Positions 30,863 to 41,302 of a stretch of 64,000 bases of DNA are shown one piece after another. The position numbers and the translations under genes were made by a program. The first letter of the stretch is position 1, and each line of letters begins with the position of its first letter. The stretch spans positions 1-64,000 of the forward strand of contig CAVWCX010000014.1 in NCBI GenBank assembly GCA_963753595.1, given 5' to 3'. This DNA is from Candidatus Methanoperedenaceae archaeon (GTDB taxonomy: Archaea > Halobacteriota > Methanosarcinia > Methanosarcinales > Methanoperedenaceae). The notes under the pieces are model-generated. The model had not been told where the DNA came from and searched no databases. It saw nothing but the letters and a program-made list of their open reading frames with translations.

Positions 30863-31707
30863 ACGATATTATTCACGGATACTATCTTGAAGCCGGACAG
30901 ATCGCGGCAAAAGTAAGAAATGTTGCTCTCTCTAAAATAAAGGAGGGTACCCCTCTCCTTGATATCGCGGAGTTTGTTGAAGGCAGGATTAAGGACATGG
31001 GAGCAGAACCTGCATTTCCCTGCAATATTTCAATAAATGAAATTGCATCCCATTACACTCCGCAGGATCACCTGTCATATTTTCGAAAAGGTGATGTCGT
31101 GAAATTAGACCTTGGAGCCCACATTGAAGGCTATATCGCAGATACAGCTGCTACTATGGAAGTCGGGACAAATAATCACAGTCTTTTGATCCATACATGC
31201 GAAGAAGCGCTTGAAAAAGCAATTGAATCCATAAGGGATGGGGTTGAAACGAATCAAATAGGGAAAATAATTGAAGATACGATCAAAGAACGTGGTTTTA
31301 ATCCCATAAAAGACCTGACCGGTCACAACCTCGAACAATATCAACTGCATGCGGGCGTCACAATTCCAAATTATAAAAGCTTTTTTAGCAATACTATAAA
31401 AAAAGACATGGTTTTTGCGATAGAACCTTTCGCAACATACGGAAGGGGAAATATTAGGGCCGGTAAACCCTTGATTTTTGCTATGACCAACAGATGTAAA
31501 GGAAATACCGCTGATGATCTCAGGAACAGGTTCGGTTCGCTTCCTTTTGCCCCGAGATGGACCACTGTAACTGATCTCAATGAACTGAAAGGAACAAGAG
31601 AATATTATGAATTAATAGAAAAGGACGGTGAAATTGTCGCCCAGTCCGAACATACTGTTATAGTCAACCAAGAAGGATGTGAAGTAATTACCGGATTGGG
31701 AAAGTAA
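30859..31707 (+). CDS. map: Methionine aminopeptidase type II
   Basis: AFPCNISINEIASHYTP, KLDLGAHIEGYIADTA, LTGH, FAIEPF, AQSEHT. Confidence 0.95.
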   Translation: MNDIIHGYYLEAGQIAAKVRNVALSKIKEGTPLLDIAEFVEGRIKDMGAEPAFPCNISINEIASHYTPQDHLSYFRKGDVVKLDLGAHIEGYIADTAATMEVGTNNHSLLIHTCEEALEKAIESIRDGVETNQIGKIIEDTIKERGFNPIKDLTGHNLEQYQLHAGVTIPNYKSFFSNTIKKDMVFAIEPFATYGRGNIRAGKPLIFAMTNRCKGNTADDLRNRFGSLPFAPRWTTVTDLNELKGTREYYELIEKDGEIVAQSEHTVIVNQEGCEVITGLGK

Positions 31708-31742
31708 TATGAGCTAGGAAACACTATTATTAGATTAGTCAG

Positions 31743-32354
31743 ATGAAAAATAAAGATACAATCATTTACGATGCCCATGGCAACCTTTACCTGAACATAA
31801 CAAATAGATGTACTGCTGATTGTATTTTTTGCCTGAAGCGTTACTCTGATGGGATATATGGCCATAATCTCCGTCTTTCGAAGGAACCCACACTTACCGA
31901 AATAATAAAGCAACTTTCGGAGCAGGACCTCTCAAAATATAAAGAAGTAGTTTTCACCGGCTTTGGTGAACCTCTTGTCCGTCTGGATGACGTACTTGAG
32001 ATCACAAAATGGCTTACTGCCCGTGGAATTTCGGTGAGGCTTGATACGAGCGGGCATGCAAAACTAATATATCCTGACAGGAATATTGCAGAAGAATTAG
32101 CTGGATCGGGTATGAAAGTCATCTCCCTCAGCCTGAATGCCCAGAATGCTAATACTTATAATCAATTATGCGATCCCAGGTACATCAGGGCATACGATAA
32201 AATGCTTGAATTTGCAAAAGACATTTCACGATCCGGGGTTGAACTGAGGTTCACAGTGGTTGATCTGCCAGTAGTGGATATCGAAAAATGCAGGAAGATC
32301 GCAGATGAATATGGTGCGGACTTCAAAGTACGACATTATGGGGGTTCTGTTTGA
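31743..32354 (+). CDS. TatD-associated radical SAM protein
   Basis: LYLNITNRCTADCIFC, EVVFTGFGEP, SLNAQNA. Confidence 0.88.
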   Translation: MKNKDTIIYDAHGNLYLNITNRCTADCIFCLKRYSDGIYGHNLRLSKEPTLTEIIKQLSEQDLSKYKEVVFTGFGEPLVRLDDVLEITKWLTARGISVRLDTSGHAKLIYPDRNIAEELAGSGMKVISLSLNAQNANTYNQLCDPRYIRAYDKMLEFAKDISRSGVELRFTVVDLPVVDIEKCRKIADEYGADFKVRHYGGSV

Positions 32355-32422
32355 ACTGTTGTAACCACAAGGTATAATTATTATATTATTCATCTATTTG
32401 TCTTGACAGGAGATAGGATTTT

Positions 32423-32710
32423 CTGAAGAAGCTGCTCTGGTATCTAATCGCAGGAACACGTGGTGGGCAAACCCGTGCATTACTACTAAAACTGCTCATT
32501 GACAGGCCTTATAATGCAAATCAACTAGCTGAGGCTATGAGTATGGATTATAAGACCATCAGGCATCATCTTGATGTACTTACCAAGAACGGTGTAATAA
32601 CTATGGAAGGTGACAAATATGGCGCTATGTATTTCATCTCCAAAACAATGGAGGCTAATATAAATGAATTTAATCAAATATGGGAAAAAATTGATAAACA
32701 AAGCCACTGA
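32423..32710 (+). CDS. ArsR-like winged-HTH regulator (absent from ORF track); apparent CTG start
   Basis: Reads (M)KKLLWYLIAGTRGGQTRALLLKLLIDRPYNANQLAEAMSMDYKTIRHHLDVL..GDKYGAMYF..; in-frame TAG at 32414 and no ATG/GTG/TTG before the conserved N-terminus. Confidence 0.85.
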   Translation: MKKLLWYLIAGTRGGQTRALLLKLLIDRPYNANQLAEAMSMDYKTIRHHLDVLTKNGVITMEGDKYGAMYFISKTMEANINEFNQIWEKIDKQSH

Positions 32711-32727
32711 ACATAACAGGAGGAAAT

Positions 32728-33048
32728 ATTATTCAGATAACTGAAATCGCTTATTATGTCTCGGCAGGAAATATCGTATTGCTCTTAGTGCTTCTGGTTT
32801 CATATTTCCAGATATATAACAAAATAAAGTCCAACTTTACCCTGGGGCTTATTATTTTTACAGTTGCGCTATTATTACAGAGCTTTTCACGTGCGATAAT
32901 GCTGCTTCTGATCATTAATAGCCCGCCCCCGGAACACGTGTATCCCATAATAATAAATCTATTGGGTTATAATCCCATATACGTGGTGATCCCGGATATT
33001 CTTGAGTTTGTAGCTTTAAGTATATTGCTGTATTTCACCCGGGAATAG
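32728..33048 (+). CDS. Small membrane protein, partner of the ArsR-like regulator; apparent ATT start at 32728 or 32731
   Basis: Frame open from an AGGAGGA SD (32718-32724): IIQITEIAYYVSAGNIVLLLVLL..KIKSNFTLGLIIF..; three TM helices. Confidence 0.7.
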   Translation: MIQITEIAYYVSAGNIVLLLVLLVSYFQIYNKIKSNFTLGLIIFTVALLLQSFSRAIMLLLIINSPPPEHVYPIIINLLGYNPIYVVIPDILEFVALSILLYFTRE

Positions 33049-33065
33049 AAAATTTTAGGTGACAG

Positions 33066-33887
33066 ATGCGTTTATCCTGTTCATCTCTCTTTCTCTGGGA
33101 ATATCCTGTAAGCGATATCATGGATATCCTGCAAAAAGCAGGTATAAACAGCGTTGAATTCTGGGCAGAAACACCTTTTTTCTGGATGGACCGGGATAAC
33201 GAAACCACAGTTTCGCAGTTGATATATGCAATTTCCATCATGACGCAGGGTTGTACTTTGCACGCACCTGTTATGGATCTCAATCCTTCTTCGTATAATG
33301 ACCTTGTCCATGAGGCGACACTCAAGGAAACGTTATGGTCTATTGACCTTGCCAGTATTCTTAAGGCCCGTGTAGTTACGATACACCCTGGCAAAAGGAC
33401 AGCCCACCGCAAACCCACAAACGAGGACTGGGAGAAATTCATGAGATATCTTGAAATTTCCTTTAATAAAGCAAAAAATACAGGTGTAAATCTTTCACTT
33501 GAAAACAGCATGCCTGGTGTTCAATCAATGTGTTCTGGTCCTGAGGAAATGAAAGAAGTCCTGGATCAATTCCCGGGTCTGTTTTTCACATTCGATGTTG
33601 TACATGCCTGTTTGAAATCCCCGGAAACTGCCTTAGCTTTCATCAATGAGCTTGGGGATAAGATCATAAACGTTCATGTCGGGGCACCACATAATGGAAA
33701 GCCCCATTTTCCAGCGCATCATGAAAAGAAAACGGAAATTATATTACAGCGCTTGCATGAATCGGGATATAAAGGCGACCTTACTATTGAGATCGATGAT
33801 AAAGTCTATCCAGGACAATTAACGAGAGAGGAAAAGATCAAGGAATTGATAAGTGAAAGGAAATACCTCGAATCGATATTTAATTAG
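33066..33887 (+). CDS. Sugar phosphate isomerase/epimerase (xylose isomerase-like TIM barrel)
   Basis: TLHAP..DLNPSS, VTIHPG, LSLEN, FTFDVVHA, NVHV, TIEI. Confidence 0.85.
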   Translation: MRLSCSSLFLWEYPVSDIMDILQKAGINSVEFWAETPFFWMDRDNETTVSQLIYAISIMTQGCTLHAPVMDLNPSSYNDLVHEATLKETLWSIDLASILKARVVTIHPGKRTAHRKPTNEDWEKFMRYLEISFNKAKNTGVNLSLENSMPGVQSMCSGPEEMKEVLDQFPGLFFTFDVVHACLKSPETALAFINELGDKIINVHVGAPHNGKPHFPAHHEKKTEIILQRLHESGYKGDLTIEIDDKVYPGQLTREEKIKELISERKYLESIFN

Positions 33888-33926
33888 AAAAAAGGTTGAG
33901 TGAAGATTATCACCCAACAAAAAGTA

Positions 33927-34814
33927 TTATATTCTCCTCTTAAATATCCCTGCTGCAATTAACGAAATAATGGATATAACGACATTAAATCCTGGTGTTG
34001 GCTTTTCTGGTTGTGCATTTTTTTGCGTAGGAATAGGTTCAGATTTTACTGAAAAAGCCATATTCTGGGGAAAATTATCCTTTGCATTTTTCGCCCCTAA
34101 TGTAATAACATACTCTCCACTGCCTTTATAATCACTCCAGTAATTTCCCATTTTGTCCAGATCCCATGAATTCAGGCCGCTATTATCATATGCCTGGCCA
34201 CCATTGTTATCTATAAGGTTATTTTGGTATATGCGATTTGTTCTTGAAGAATATGCATAAATCCCTATTTTTTTATTATTTTTAATATTGTTATTGAAAA
34301 TCTTATTATCATTTGAAGCATAAAGATTAATACCATATCCCAAATTTGATTCTATGATATTTCCTGAAACGATGTTGTTGTTGCTTCCCTGGTATAACGA
34401 AACACCCACTGAATTACCAGTGATGATCATGTTAGAAACAGTATTTCCACTCCCTTTATAAACCGCAACCCCTGCATCTTCTTGCCCTCCACCGCCGCCG
34501 TTCTTTATGGTAAGTCCACTTATTACTACGTTGTTCACTTCATCTATCCTGATCCCGCTGCTGGTCTGTTTGCCTTCAATAATAGTATTTTCCCTGTTTT
34601 TTCCTATTATTGAGATACCGTTCGTTTTGATAAGAAGATTTTCACTGTATGTGCCCTCTTCGACAAATATCTTATCGCCGGTTTTTGCAGCATCAATAGC
34701 TGATTGAATAGTTGTATAGGTCTTGCCCTGTCCTACCTCAAGAGTTGCTGCGGTTGCAGGACTGGTAATTAATAATACAAGACAAATAAAGAGAATAATA
34801 TTTTTTAATACCAT
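33927..34814 (-). CDS. Cell-surface NosD/CASH beta-helix protein with PGF-CTERM anchor
   Basis: Signal peptide, YTTIQSAIDAA, parallel beta-helix repeats, GNYWSDY, TPGF + TM + KRR. Confidence 0.85.
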   Translation of the reverse strand: MVLKNIILFICLVLLITSPATAATLEVGQGKTYTTIQSAIDAAKTGDKIFVEEGTYSENLLIKTNGISIIGKNRENTIIEGKQTSSGIRIDEVNNVVISGLTIKNGGGGGQEDAGVAVYKGSGNTVSNMIITGNSVGVSLYQGSNNNIVSGNIIESNLGYGINLYASNDNKIFNNNIKNNKKIGIYAYSSRTNRIYQNNLIDNNGGQAYDNSGLNSWDLDKMGNYWSDYKGSGEYVITLGAKNAKDNFPQNMAFSVKSEPIPTQKNAQPEKPTPGFNVVISIISLIAAGIFKRRI

Positions 34815-34872
34815 AAATTCACCAATATGATATAGTCTTTTGACTTTAAAAAGATTATGAATTAATGCAAGT

Positions 34873-35805
34873 TTAGCTTGCATTAACTCTTACAGTGATC
34901 GTCTGGATTCTGGGCTCACCACGCATTGGTTTGAAATATAATCCAAATCTATATTCTCCGGTAGTGTTAAAAATGTAAGTATTTCTTGCCCTGAGTACCA
35001 TATCAGGAATTTTCTTATCCATTTCAATAAGTGTATAATCGAAATCCATCTTATTAACCCAGAGAACCATATCCCCCGCATCTATATTGAGATTATCCGG
35101 GAAGTACTTGTCATCTTTGACAAATGTTGTATGACTCTTTCCAGTCGGTGTCGCAACAACAACCGGCTCCGGTGTGGGGGCAGGAGTCGGCGTTTGCGTC
35201 TCTATGATCTCTGGTGCCGGTGTTGGTGCCGACGATGGAACGGGTGTAGGAGTTGGAGTTAATTCCCGTACCTCTCCCGAATAAAGTGTTATCGGATTGA
35301 CCCTGGCTTCAACCTTTTGTCCATTAACCGATAAAGTCATGGTTATTTCATAAGTACCTGCAAGACTTCTTCCTTCCATCTCTTTTATGGTATGGAATTT
35401 TGCACTGACCGATTTTATGGTTCCGGGTTCAATCTCTGTTTCAAATTCTATCGGGTCAATAACCCTTGTTTTCCTTTCTTCGCTCATTGTCTTTAAATAC
35501 AAATTCGCCATAGAATCATCAAGCGTCTTGACCTTAGCTTTTATTTCTATAGTTTCCTTCGTGATTTTTTCAGTGCCTGTGTTAGCAATAAGTAATTCGG
35601 GTGTTACAATTTCTCCCGCCCTTATGTCATTTCTATCAAACTTTATGTCAACTATTTTCGCATCAAGGTTTGGATTGCCTTGATCAAATTTCTGGACTTC
35701 GATGAGTGTTCCATTGGTAGCAGTACTCTGACCTGTACAACCGGATAATGCTACAGCTGTCAGGATTATTAATATAATGGAAATATTGTTGTTCATTGTA
35801 ACCAC
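34873..35805 (-). CDS. Secreted lipoprotein with Ig-like domain, PT linker and cupredoxin-like C-terminal domain
   Basis: LSGC lipobox, TPTPTP linker, YFPDNLNIDAGDMVLWVN. Confidence 0.7.
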   Translation of the reverse strand: MVTMNNNISIILIILTAVALSGCTGQSTATNGTLIEVQKFDQGNPNLDAKIVDIKFDRNDIRAGEIVTPELLIANTGTEKITKETIEIKAKVKTLDDSMANLYLKTMSEERKTRVIDPIEFETEIEPGTIKSVSAKFHTIKEMEGRSLAGTYEITMTLSVNGQKVEARVNPITLYSGEVRELTPTPTPVPSSAPTPAPEIIETQTPTPAPTPEPVVVATPTGKSHTTFVKDDKYFPDNLNIDAGDMVLWVNKMDFDYTLIEMDKKIPDMVLRARNTYIFNTTGEYRFGLYFKPMRGEPRIQTITVRVNAS

Positions 35806-35927
35806 TACTTAGAATCACGTCATTGCTTAAAAAGTTTTCTCATTATCATAATTATGATATGATGATGAATAATAAACCTGGGTATTTTTACGAATAATTT
35901 TATACCTGTAAAGCTAATTCAATCCTG

Positions 35928-36413
35928 ATGCGCAAATCAGTAATATTATTATTTTTATTTTTAATGGTATTAATAATCATTCCTGCAAATGCCGAAACTA
36001 CACATTGGTACACCTATGAAAAAGGTATGGATGCTGCCAGCTCAATGGAAAAACCCGTATTTCTTGATTTTTATGCTGATTGGTGCGGACCATGCATAGC
36101 AATGGAAGATAGTACCTATCCGGATCCGCGTGTTGTTTCAGAACTGGAGGATTTTGTTGCTATAAAAGTAGATACGCAGATAAGGATCGATATCGAAAAT
36201 AAATATAATATAGCTTATTATCCCACAATCATTTTTCTTGATCCGAAAGGCGGTGAGATCTCACGCCATGTCGGATATCTCGGACCTGAAGATATGGTGC
36301 GGACTATACAGGAATCACGCGGGAAATTACCAGAGGAGGCCCCGGGATTCCAGGCATTATCCCTGTTATTAGCTCTCTCATTGTTGATCATAAAAAAAAG
36401 AATTACCGGGTGA
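35928..36413 (+). CDS. Secreted thioredoxin-family protein with PGF-CTERM anchor
   Basis: Signal peptide, DFYADWCGPC, YPTIIF, APGF + TM + KKR. Confidence 0.85.
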   Translation: MRKSVILLFLFLMVLIIIPANAETTHWYTYEKGMDAASSMEKPVFLDFYADWCGPCIAMEDSTYPDPRVVSELEDFVAIKVDTQIRIDIENKYNIAYYPTIIFLDPKGGEISRHVGYLGPEDMVRTIQESRGKLPEEAPGFQALSLLLALSLLIIKKRITG

Positions 36414-37569
36414 ATTTCTTAATATTTTTCAACATGTTATCCACAAGCTGAGGGACATCTATAAGTTTCTCAGCTTCTAATACTTCTCTGGGTTTAGATG
36501 CTGTTGATGGATATTCAGGAACTGCCATGCAGCACGTGGCAGGTTTTGTTGAGGGCTCTAATGTACCAATATTTCTTGCCATGTTGGTTATTTCAAGCTT
36601 ATCAAGCCCTATCAGTGGGTGATATATTGGGAATTCCATACCATACATCTCGGCGAGCATATTTTCTGATGTCTGGGACGCCACCTGGCCAAGGGATGAA
36701 CCTGTGATTATCCCGTGTGCATCTTCTATTTTCAGTACCTCACCGGCGATCCTGTACATCATGCGCCTGCACAATACACAATTGAGCCTGTTATTGCAAT
36801 TGCTCAGGAAAGCAAGTAAATTCTCACCATGCGGCGCTTCGTAAATGGTTAATTTCTTATGCGGGGACCATTTCTGCAGCACATCAATGCAGTCCATTGC
36901 TCTCTGGCGGGTGCTCTCATCGGAAAACGGATCATTGTTCAAATACAGGGGTATTATTTCGCAACCCCGTTTCATCATTAACCATGCAGCGACCGGTGAA
37001 TCAATACCTCCTGAAACAAGAGCTACCATCTTTCCCTGCGTTCCAAGCGGCAGTCCCCCTGCGCCTTTAACCGATCCTGTGAACACATACCCTTTGTCCT
37101 GCCTTAATTCCACGAATATTTCAACATCAGGATTTTCAAGGTCAACCGTGACATTGCCGTTCATTTTTTCAAATACAGCATCACCGCAGGAAACGCCTAT
37201 ATGCCTGGATGTAAAATCATGATTTCCAGCTCTTCGAGCCCTGATCGCAAATGATTGGCCTTCTTTCAGGACATCACCTGCAATTCCGGCGCATGATTCT
37301 GCTGCGGATGAAAGTGAAGCCTGGCATGTATAAGCAGGGCTTACAGAAACAACACCAAATACTCTTGAAGCGCTTTTTATAGCCTTTGGGTCATCGGAAT
37401 GTATGAAAACCCGCCCCATTTCACGTGTAATATTGGAAAAATCGGCGCCTTGCGATTTGAGCATTGATTTTAAATTCCTGACCAGTATCTGCTCATATCT
37501 TGTCCGGACATTTTTACTCTTCAGGGCAAGTTCATCGTATCTGACTATTATCACATCAGTATTTTTCAA
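36403..37569 (-). CDS. thiI: tRNA 4-thiouridine synthase
   Basis: IVRYDELALKS, THUMP domain, GGLPLGTQG, SGGIDSPVA, GSSLGQVASQT. Confidence 0.95.
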   Translation of the reverse strand: MKNTDVIIVRYDELALKSKNVRTRYEQILVRNLKSMLKSQGADFSNITREMGRVFIHSDDPKAIKSASRVFGVVSVSPAYTCQASLSSAAESCAGIAGDVLKEGQSFAIRARRAGNHDFTSRHIGVSCGDAVFEKMNGNVTVDLENPDVEIFVELRQDKGYVFTGSVKGAGGLPLGTQGKMVALVSGGIDSPVAAWLMMKRGCEIIPLYLNNDPFSDESTRQRAMDCIDVLQKWSPHKKLTIYEAPHGENLLAFLSNCNNRLNCVLCRRMMYRIAGEVLKIEDAHGIITGSSLGQVASQTSENMLAEMYGMEFPIYHPLIGLDKLEITNMARNIGTLEPSTKPATCCMAVPEYPSTASKPREVLEAEKLIDVPQLVDNMLKNIKKFTR

Positions 37570-37827
37570 AATATTTTCACCTTTTTATTAGATTCGAGAA
37601 TATGGACTGGGGTGGATATAAGGATATGAGATAAAAATCTTCACCTATTATTAATTATGATGATTTTTTGGAACTTAAATGTTCCTAACCAATGGTTTTA
37701 TATATTAATACATTCAATATTATTTATTAAGGAAGAAGGGTTAGGTCATGAATGGATGTGTCATGAAGAAATGCCCATGCAGGACGTGGGTAAATTGTTC
37801 GTATTACAACTCGATGCGATATCGGTC

Positions 37828-38138
37828 TATGCATTTGGTTAGTAAAATTGAAATCCTTGACTGGTATAAGATCCATTTCAAGATAAAATACGAAGCGCCT
37901 GACACCTTCTACAATGGGTAGCGGGGATTATATGATCAATATACAAACAGGGGAAATTGAAATCATGCCAGAGGCGAATCTGGCGATAGAAGTATGTAAG
38001 AAAGGAACACCAGAACGCAATGCGATCATGCTTTGCCTGCAAATCGATTATGCTTTCATACATCAGGATCTTCCAATGCCGAGGGAAATGTTCAGGCACC
38101 TGAAAAAATGCCAGAGTGCAGGGATTGTAAGGTTATAG
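37828..38138 (+). CDS. Hypothetical protein, probably one gene split by a +1 frameshift near 37916
   Basis: MHLVSKIEILDWYKIHFKIKYEAPDTFYNG joins SGDYMINIQTGEIEI.. if one G is removed from aatgggtagc. Confidence 0.4.
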
Positions 38139-38253
38139 GGAACCACTCCACCCTATCGGATTGAGGCTTCCTGTGTCATTATGTGCAGGATTTCACACGA
38201 ATTTCACACTATCGTATATATACCATCCATCATATACATAATGAGGGAAGATT

Positions 38254-38637
38254 ATGCTGACATTAAAGATCCCTGTATTGATCCTTACAATATTATTCGC
38301 GCTTATTGGCGTTTATCTTGCAGCCAGGATCTATATCGCAGGGAGGAAGATCGATCCTGCCGTCCTCAGGGCGCGCGCTTTTCTAAATGAGTCATTCCTC
38401 AGGGAAAGCTGGAAACTGATCCTTATGTCATTGGTCCTTTTCATAATCCGTGCAATTGTAGAATTGGAAGAAATATTTGAGGAGATAATAGATGAAAAGA
38501 GTTCAGAGGTGATTGATGAGACAATCGTTCTCGGAATACTTATATGCCTTATCTTATTATTATATAAATGGTTAAAACTCATGAATCCTCCAAAACCGGA
38601 ACTGGGTGGCAAATTAGTTTCACCTTCAGAGAAATGA
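38254..38637 (+). CDS. Hypothetical membrane protein
   Basis: Three TM helices; KIDPAVLRARAFL. Confidence 0.65.
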   Translation: MLTLKIPVLILTILFALIGVYLAARIYIAGRKIDPAVLRARAFLNESFLRESWKLILMSLVLFIIRAIVELEEIFEEIIDEKSSEVIDETIVLGILICLILLLYKWLKLMNPPKPELGGKLVSPSEK

Positions 38638-38710
38638 ATCGGATACTGGAAAAAGGACACTTTCACATTGCTTTCGAAATCTTATTTAACTAACAGGTGG
38701 TGTATAATAT

Positions 38711-39115
38711 ATGAAAACTGTTTATCTTGCTGCGCCGCTTTTTTCAGAAGCTGAGTGTGATTTTAACCGCAAGCTCAGGGATGAGTTAATAAACGCCGGT
38801 TTTAAGGTATTCCTGCCGCAAGAGGATTCCAACAATGTGAAAGACATTTTGGACCGGCAGAAAATAATTTTCAATAAGAACCTGAAAGGGATTGAGAATT
38901 CGGATATACTCGTTGCCGTTATTGATGGGGCGGATATTGATTCAGGAACTGCCTGGGAGATTGGTTTTGCATTCGCAAAAGGTAAACCCGTTCTGGGTTT
39001 AAGGTCAGATTTCAGGACGCTGGGTATTGAGGGTACAGTGAACCTCATGATAGAGCGGTCGGTGGTTCTTTGCATGAGCGTTTCGGAGTTATTAAATCGT
39101 TTGAAATCAATATAA
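38711..39115 (+). CDS. Nucleoside 2-deoxyribosyltransferase family protein
   Basis: VYLAAPLFS, FLPQE, DSGTAWEIGFAFAKGKPV. Confidence 0.9.
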   Translation: MKTVYLAAPLFSEAECDFNRKLRDELINAGFKVFLPQEDSNNVKDILDRQKIIFNKNLKGIENSDILVAVIDGADIDSGTAWEIGFAFAKGKPVLGLRSDFRTLGIEGTVNLMIERSVVLCMSVSELLNRLKSI

Positions 39116-39121
39116 AAATAA

Positions 39122-39529
39122 ATGGACGAATATCATTTAATAAAGCAATTTTCCAAACCCCGGGAAGGGGAATTTGTTCCCGTCACTTTCATCGAGTTCA
39201 AACGAAAACTGGTAGGCTGGTCGCCAGAACTAAAAAGAAGCGTCTATATCGGGAGTGAGGAGGAAAAAGCAAAGCTAAAAAGAGTGAGGGAGGTAAACTT
39301 GATGATAGCGATAAATCACCTGTCAGGGAAATTGTCTTCTATCGAACTTAATGATGAGGAAAAAGCACAGTTTGAAGATGTATATAGTTCATTCCTTAAA
39401 AATGGAGGCCAACTGATGTACACCCGGAAAAAAACAGGCGTGAAAAATATTGCGTTTTTTGAGCTTAAGGATATTGAAAAAAAAGTACGGGATAAATCTG
39501 AAAAAAATCTGTTGTCTGATATGTTTTAG
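39122..39529 (+). CDS. Hypothetical protein
   Basis: Clean 135-aa ORF 6 nt after the upstream gene. Confidence 0.6.
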   Translation: MDEYHLIKQFSKPREGEFVPVTFIEFKRKLVGWSPELKRSVYIGSEEEKAKLKRVREVNLMIAINHLSGKLSSIELNDEEKAQFEDVYSSFLKNGGQLMYTRKKTGVKNIAFFELKDIEKKVRDKSEKNLLSDMF

Positions 39530-39553
39530 GTAAATGAAGAAATTAAACGGGAA

Positions 39554-40504
39554 TTATATCCCGGTTATACCGTAAGACTCCAGAATAACTTCACTATTCA
39601 GGTGGCCGGAATGGTATGTCTTACCAGTTTCAAGGTCATTTACTGTAATTTCAGCCGGGGCGAACACATTTGCATCGATCTTGAAGAAATCATATCCCGC
39701 ATCCTTGAATGTCTTGTAGAATGGTTTGCCGTAATCCTTTGAGGTACTTGACGGTACCATTTTGAATTTATCCTCTTCAAATCCCCGGACAATCAGGAAT
39801 ACCGAACCATAATATATCACGCTGTCATTGGTGCTTCCCATGGCCTTCAGGTCATCCTTGACGACAGGCGCAATTGGCGCGCATCCTGTGCCGCTTATTA
39901 TTTTTGTGGTATCATATCCCAGTTCATTAAGCTTGAATATCGCTGTCTCGACAACGCGTCCTGAAACCTGGACCGAACCGACAATGCTGGCTGTGGGCGC
40001 AACGAGTGCGATCACATTCTCAGATTCAACATGGCATGCTTCTGCTATTGTGTCAATTACCTTTTCATCAGGAAGCTGGTTTGATTCAAGAGCGATAACA
40101 GCATACTCATAATCATCTTCATATTTTATCCGCTCATAGGTTTTCTTGGGTTTTAGAGCAAGAGCCCTTGCAGGACCTGAACCCATAGCGAAATATTTAT
40201 CCACACTAATTCTCCACCCGGCTTTTTGTGCTCCGAGGCATGACATCGCAGGATGATCCGTTGTAACATCTATGAACGCAAGCGGTATATCACTTATTTT
40301 ATGTACTGATACTGAACAACCTCCGAATCCCCCCATACAGATCTCTGTGAACAAAAGACCGGCTTCATATCCACCTGGTACGTTTATTCCGCAATCTATG
40401 ACTTTGCCGCCGTTTTTCAGTTCCATGGCCTTGATTTTTAACTCCTCAGACCAATCCATCATTTCTTCTGCAATTTCCATCGCTTTTTCATTAACACTTA
40501 ACAA
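39554..40504 (-). CDS. mch: Methenyltetrahydromethanopterin cyclohydrolase
   Basis: [52 protein letters not shown]. Confidence 0.96.
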   Translation of the reverse strand: MLSVNEKAMEIAEEMMDWSEELKIKAMELKNGGKVIDCGINVPGGYEAGLLFTEICMGGFGGCSVSVHKISDIPLAFIDVTTDHPAMSCLGAQKAGWRISVDKYFAMGSGPARALALKPKKTYERIKYEDDYEYAVIALESNQLPDEKVIDTIAEACHVESENVIALVAPTASIVGSVQVSGRVVETAIFKLNELGYDTTKIISGTGCAPIAPVVKDDLKAMGSTNDSVIYYGSVFLIVRGFEEDKFKMVPSSTSKDYGKPFYKTFKDAGYDFFKIDANVFAPAEITVNDLETGKTYHSGHLNSEVILESYGITGI

Positions 40505-40665
40505 AATAATTCACCGCCTATTAGTACACCTAGTTAGTAGGAAAAACATGTTTATAAGGTTTTTGAATTATTATTTTTTGCAGGCAATTATTGATAACGA
40601 TTGTTCACATTGGAGTATCTAATTATATATGGTCGGACTTCCTTAATTGTCCGGGAGACATAATT

Positions 40666-41280
40666 ATGAAATATGATACATTAGCTTCAAAAGAAGTAAT
40701 AAAAAGAGCAATGGAAGCCTTGAAAGCACGTAATATCAAAGTCGAGCTTGTAAATACTAAAGAAGACGCACTTGGGAAAATTACTACTCTGATACCGCCG
40801 GGGAAAGAGGTAATGACCGGCGGCTCAACAACACTTGATCAAATCGGTTTTACTGATATGCTTAAATCCGGGAAACACCCCTGGGAAAACCTGAAAGGCC
40901 AGATTCTTGCGGAAAAAGATCCTGGTAAACAGATGGAGCTTCGTAAGAAAAGTGTCACATCGGAATATTTCCTTGGAAGTGTTCATGCGGTTGTGGAAAC
41001 AGGGGAAATTCTCATCGTGAATGCGACAGGAAGCTCGATTCCATCCGATGCTTTCTCATCGGACAATGTTATATGGATCGTGGGGACACAAAAAATTGTT
41101 CCAACACTGGAAGAAGGATTTAAACGTATTCGTGAATATTGCGTTCCACTTGAAGATAAGCGAATGAAAAGCATCGGTTATCCGGGCACTACGATCGGGA
41201 AATACCTTCTCTTTGAAAGAGAAATAAATGAGAACAGGAAAATAAATCTTATTTTCGTAAATGAAAAGCTGGGTTTCTGA
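40666..41280 (+). CDS. LUD/LutC (DUF162) domain protein (likely start ATG 40666)
   Basis: GGSTTLDQIG, FLGSVHAVVETGE..NATGS, IVGTQKIVP, LGF end. Confidence 0.8.
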   Translation: MKYDTLASKEVIKRAMEALKARNIKVELVNTKEDALGKITTLIPPGKEVMTGGSTTLDQIGFTDMLKSGKHPWENLKGQILAEKDPGKQMELRKKSVTSEYFLGSVHAVVETGEILIVNATGSSIPSDAFSSDNVIWIVGTQKIVPTLEEGFKRIREYCVPLEDKRMKSIGYPGTTIGKYLLFEREINENRKINLIFVNEKLGF

Positions 41281-41302
41281 CCCGCTTTTATTTCTTTTTT
41301 GC

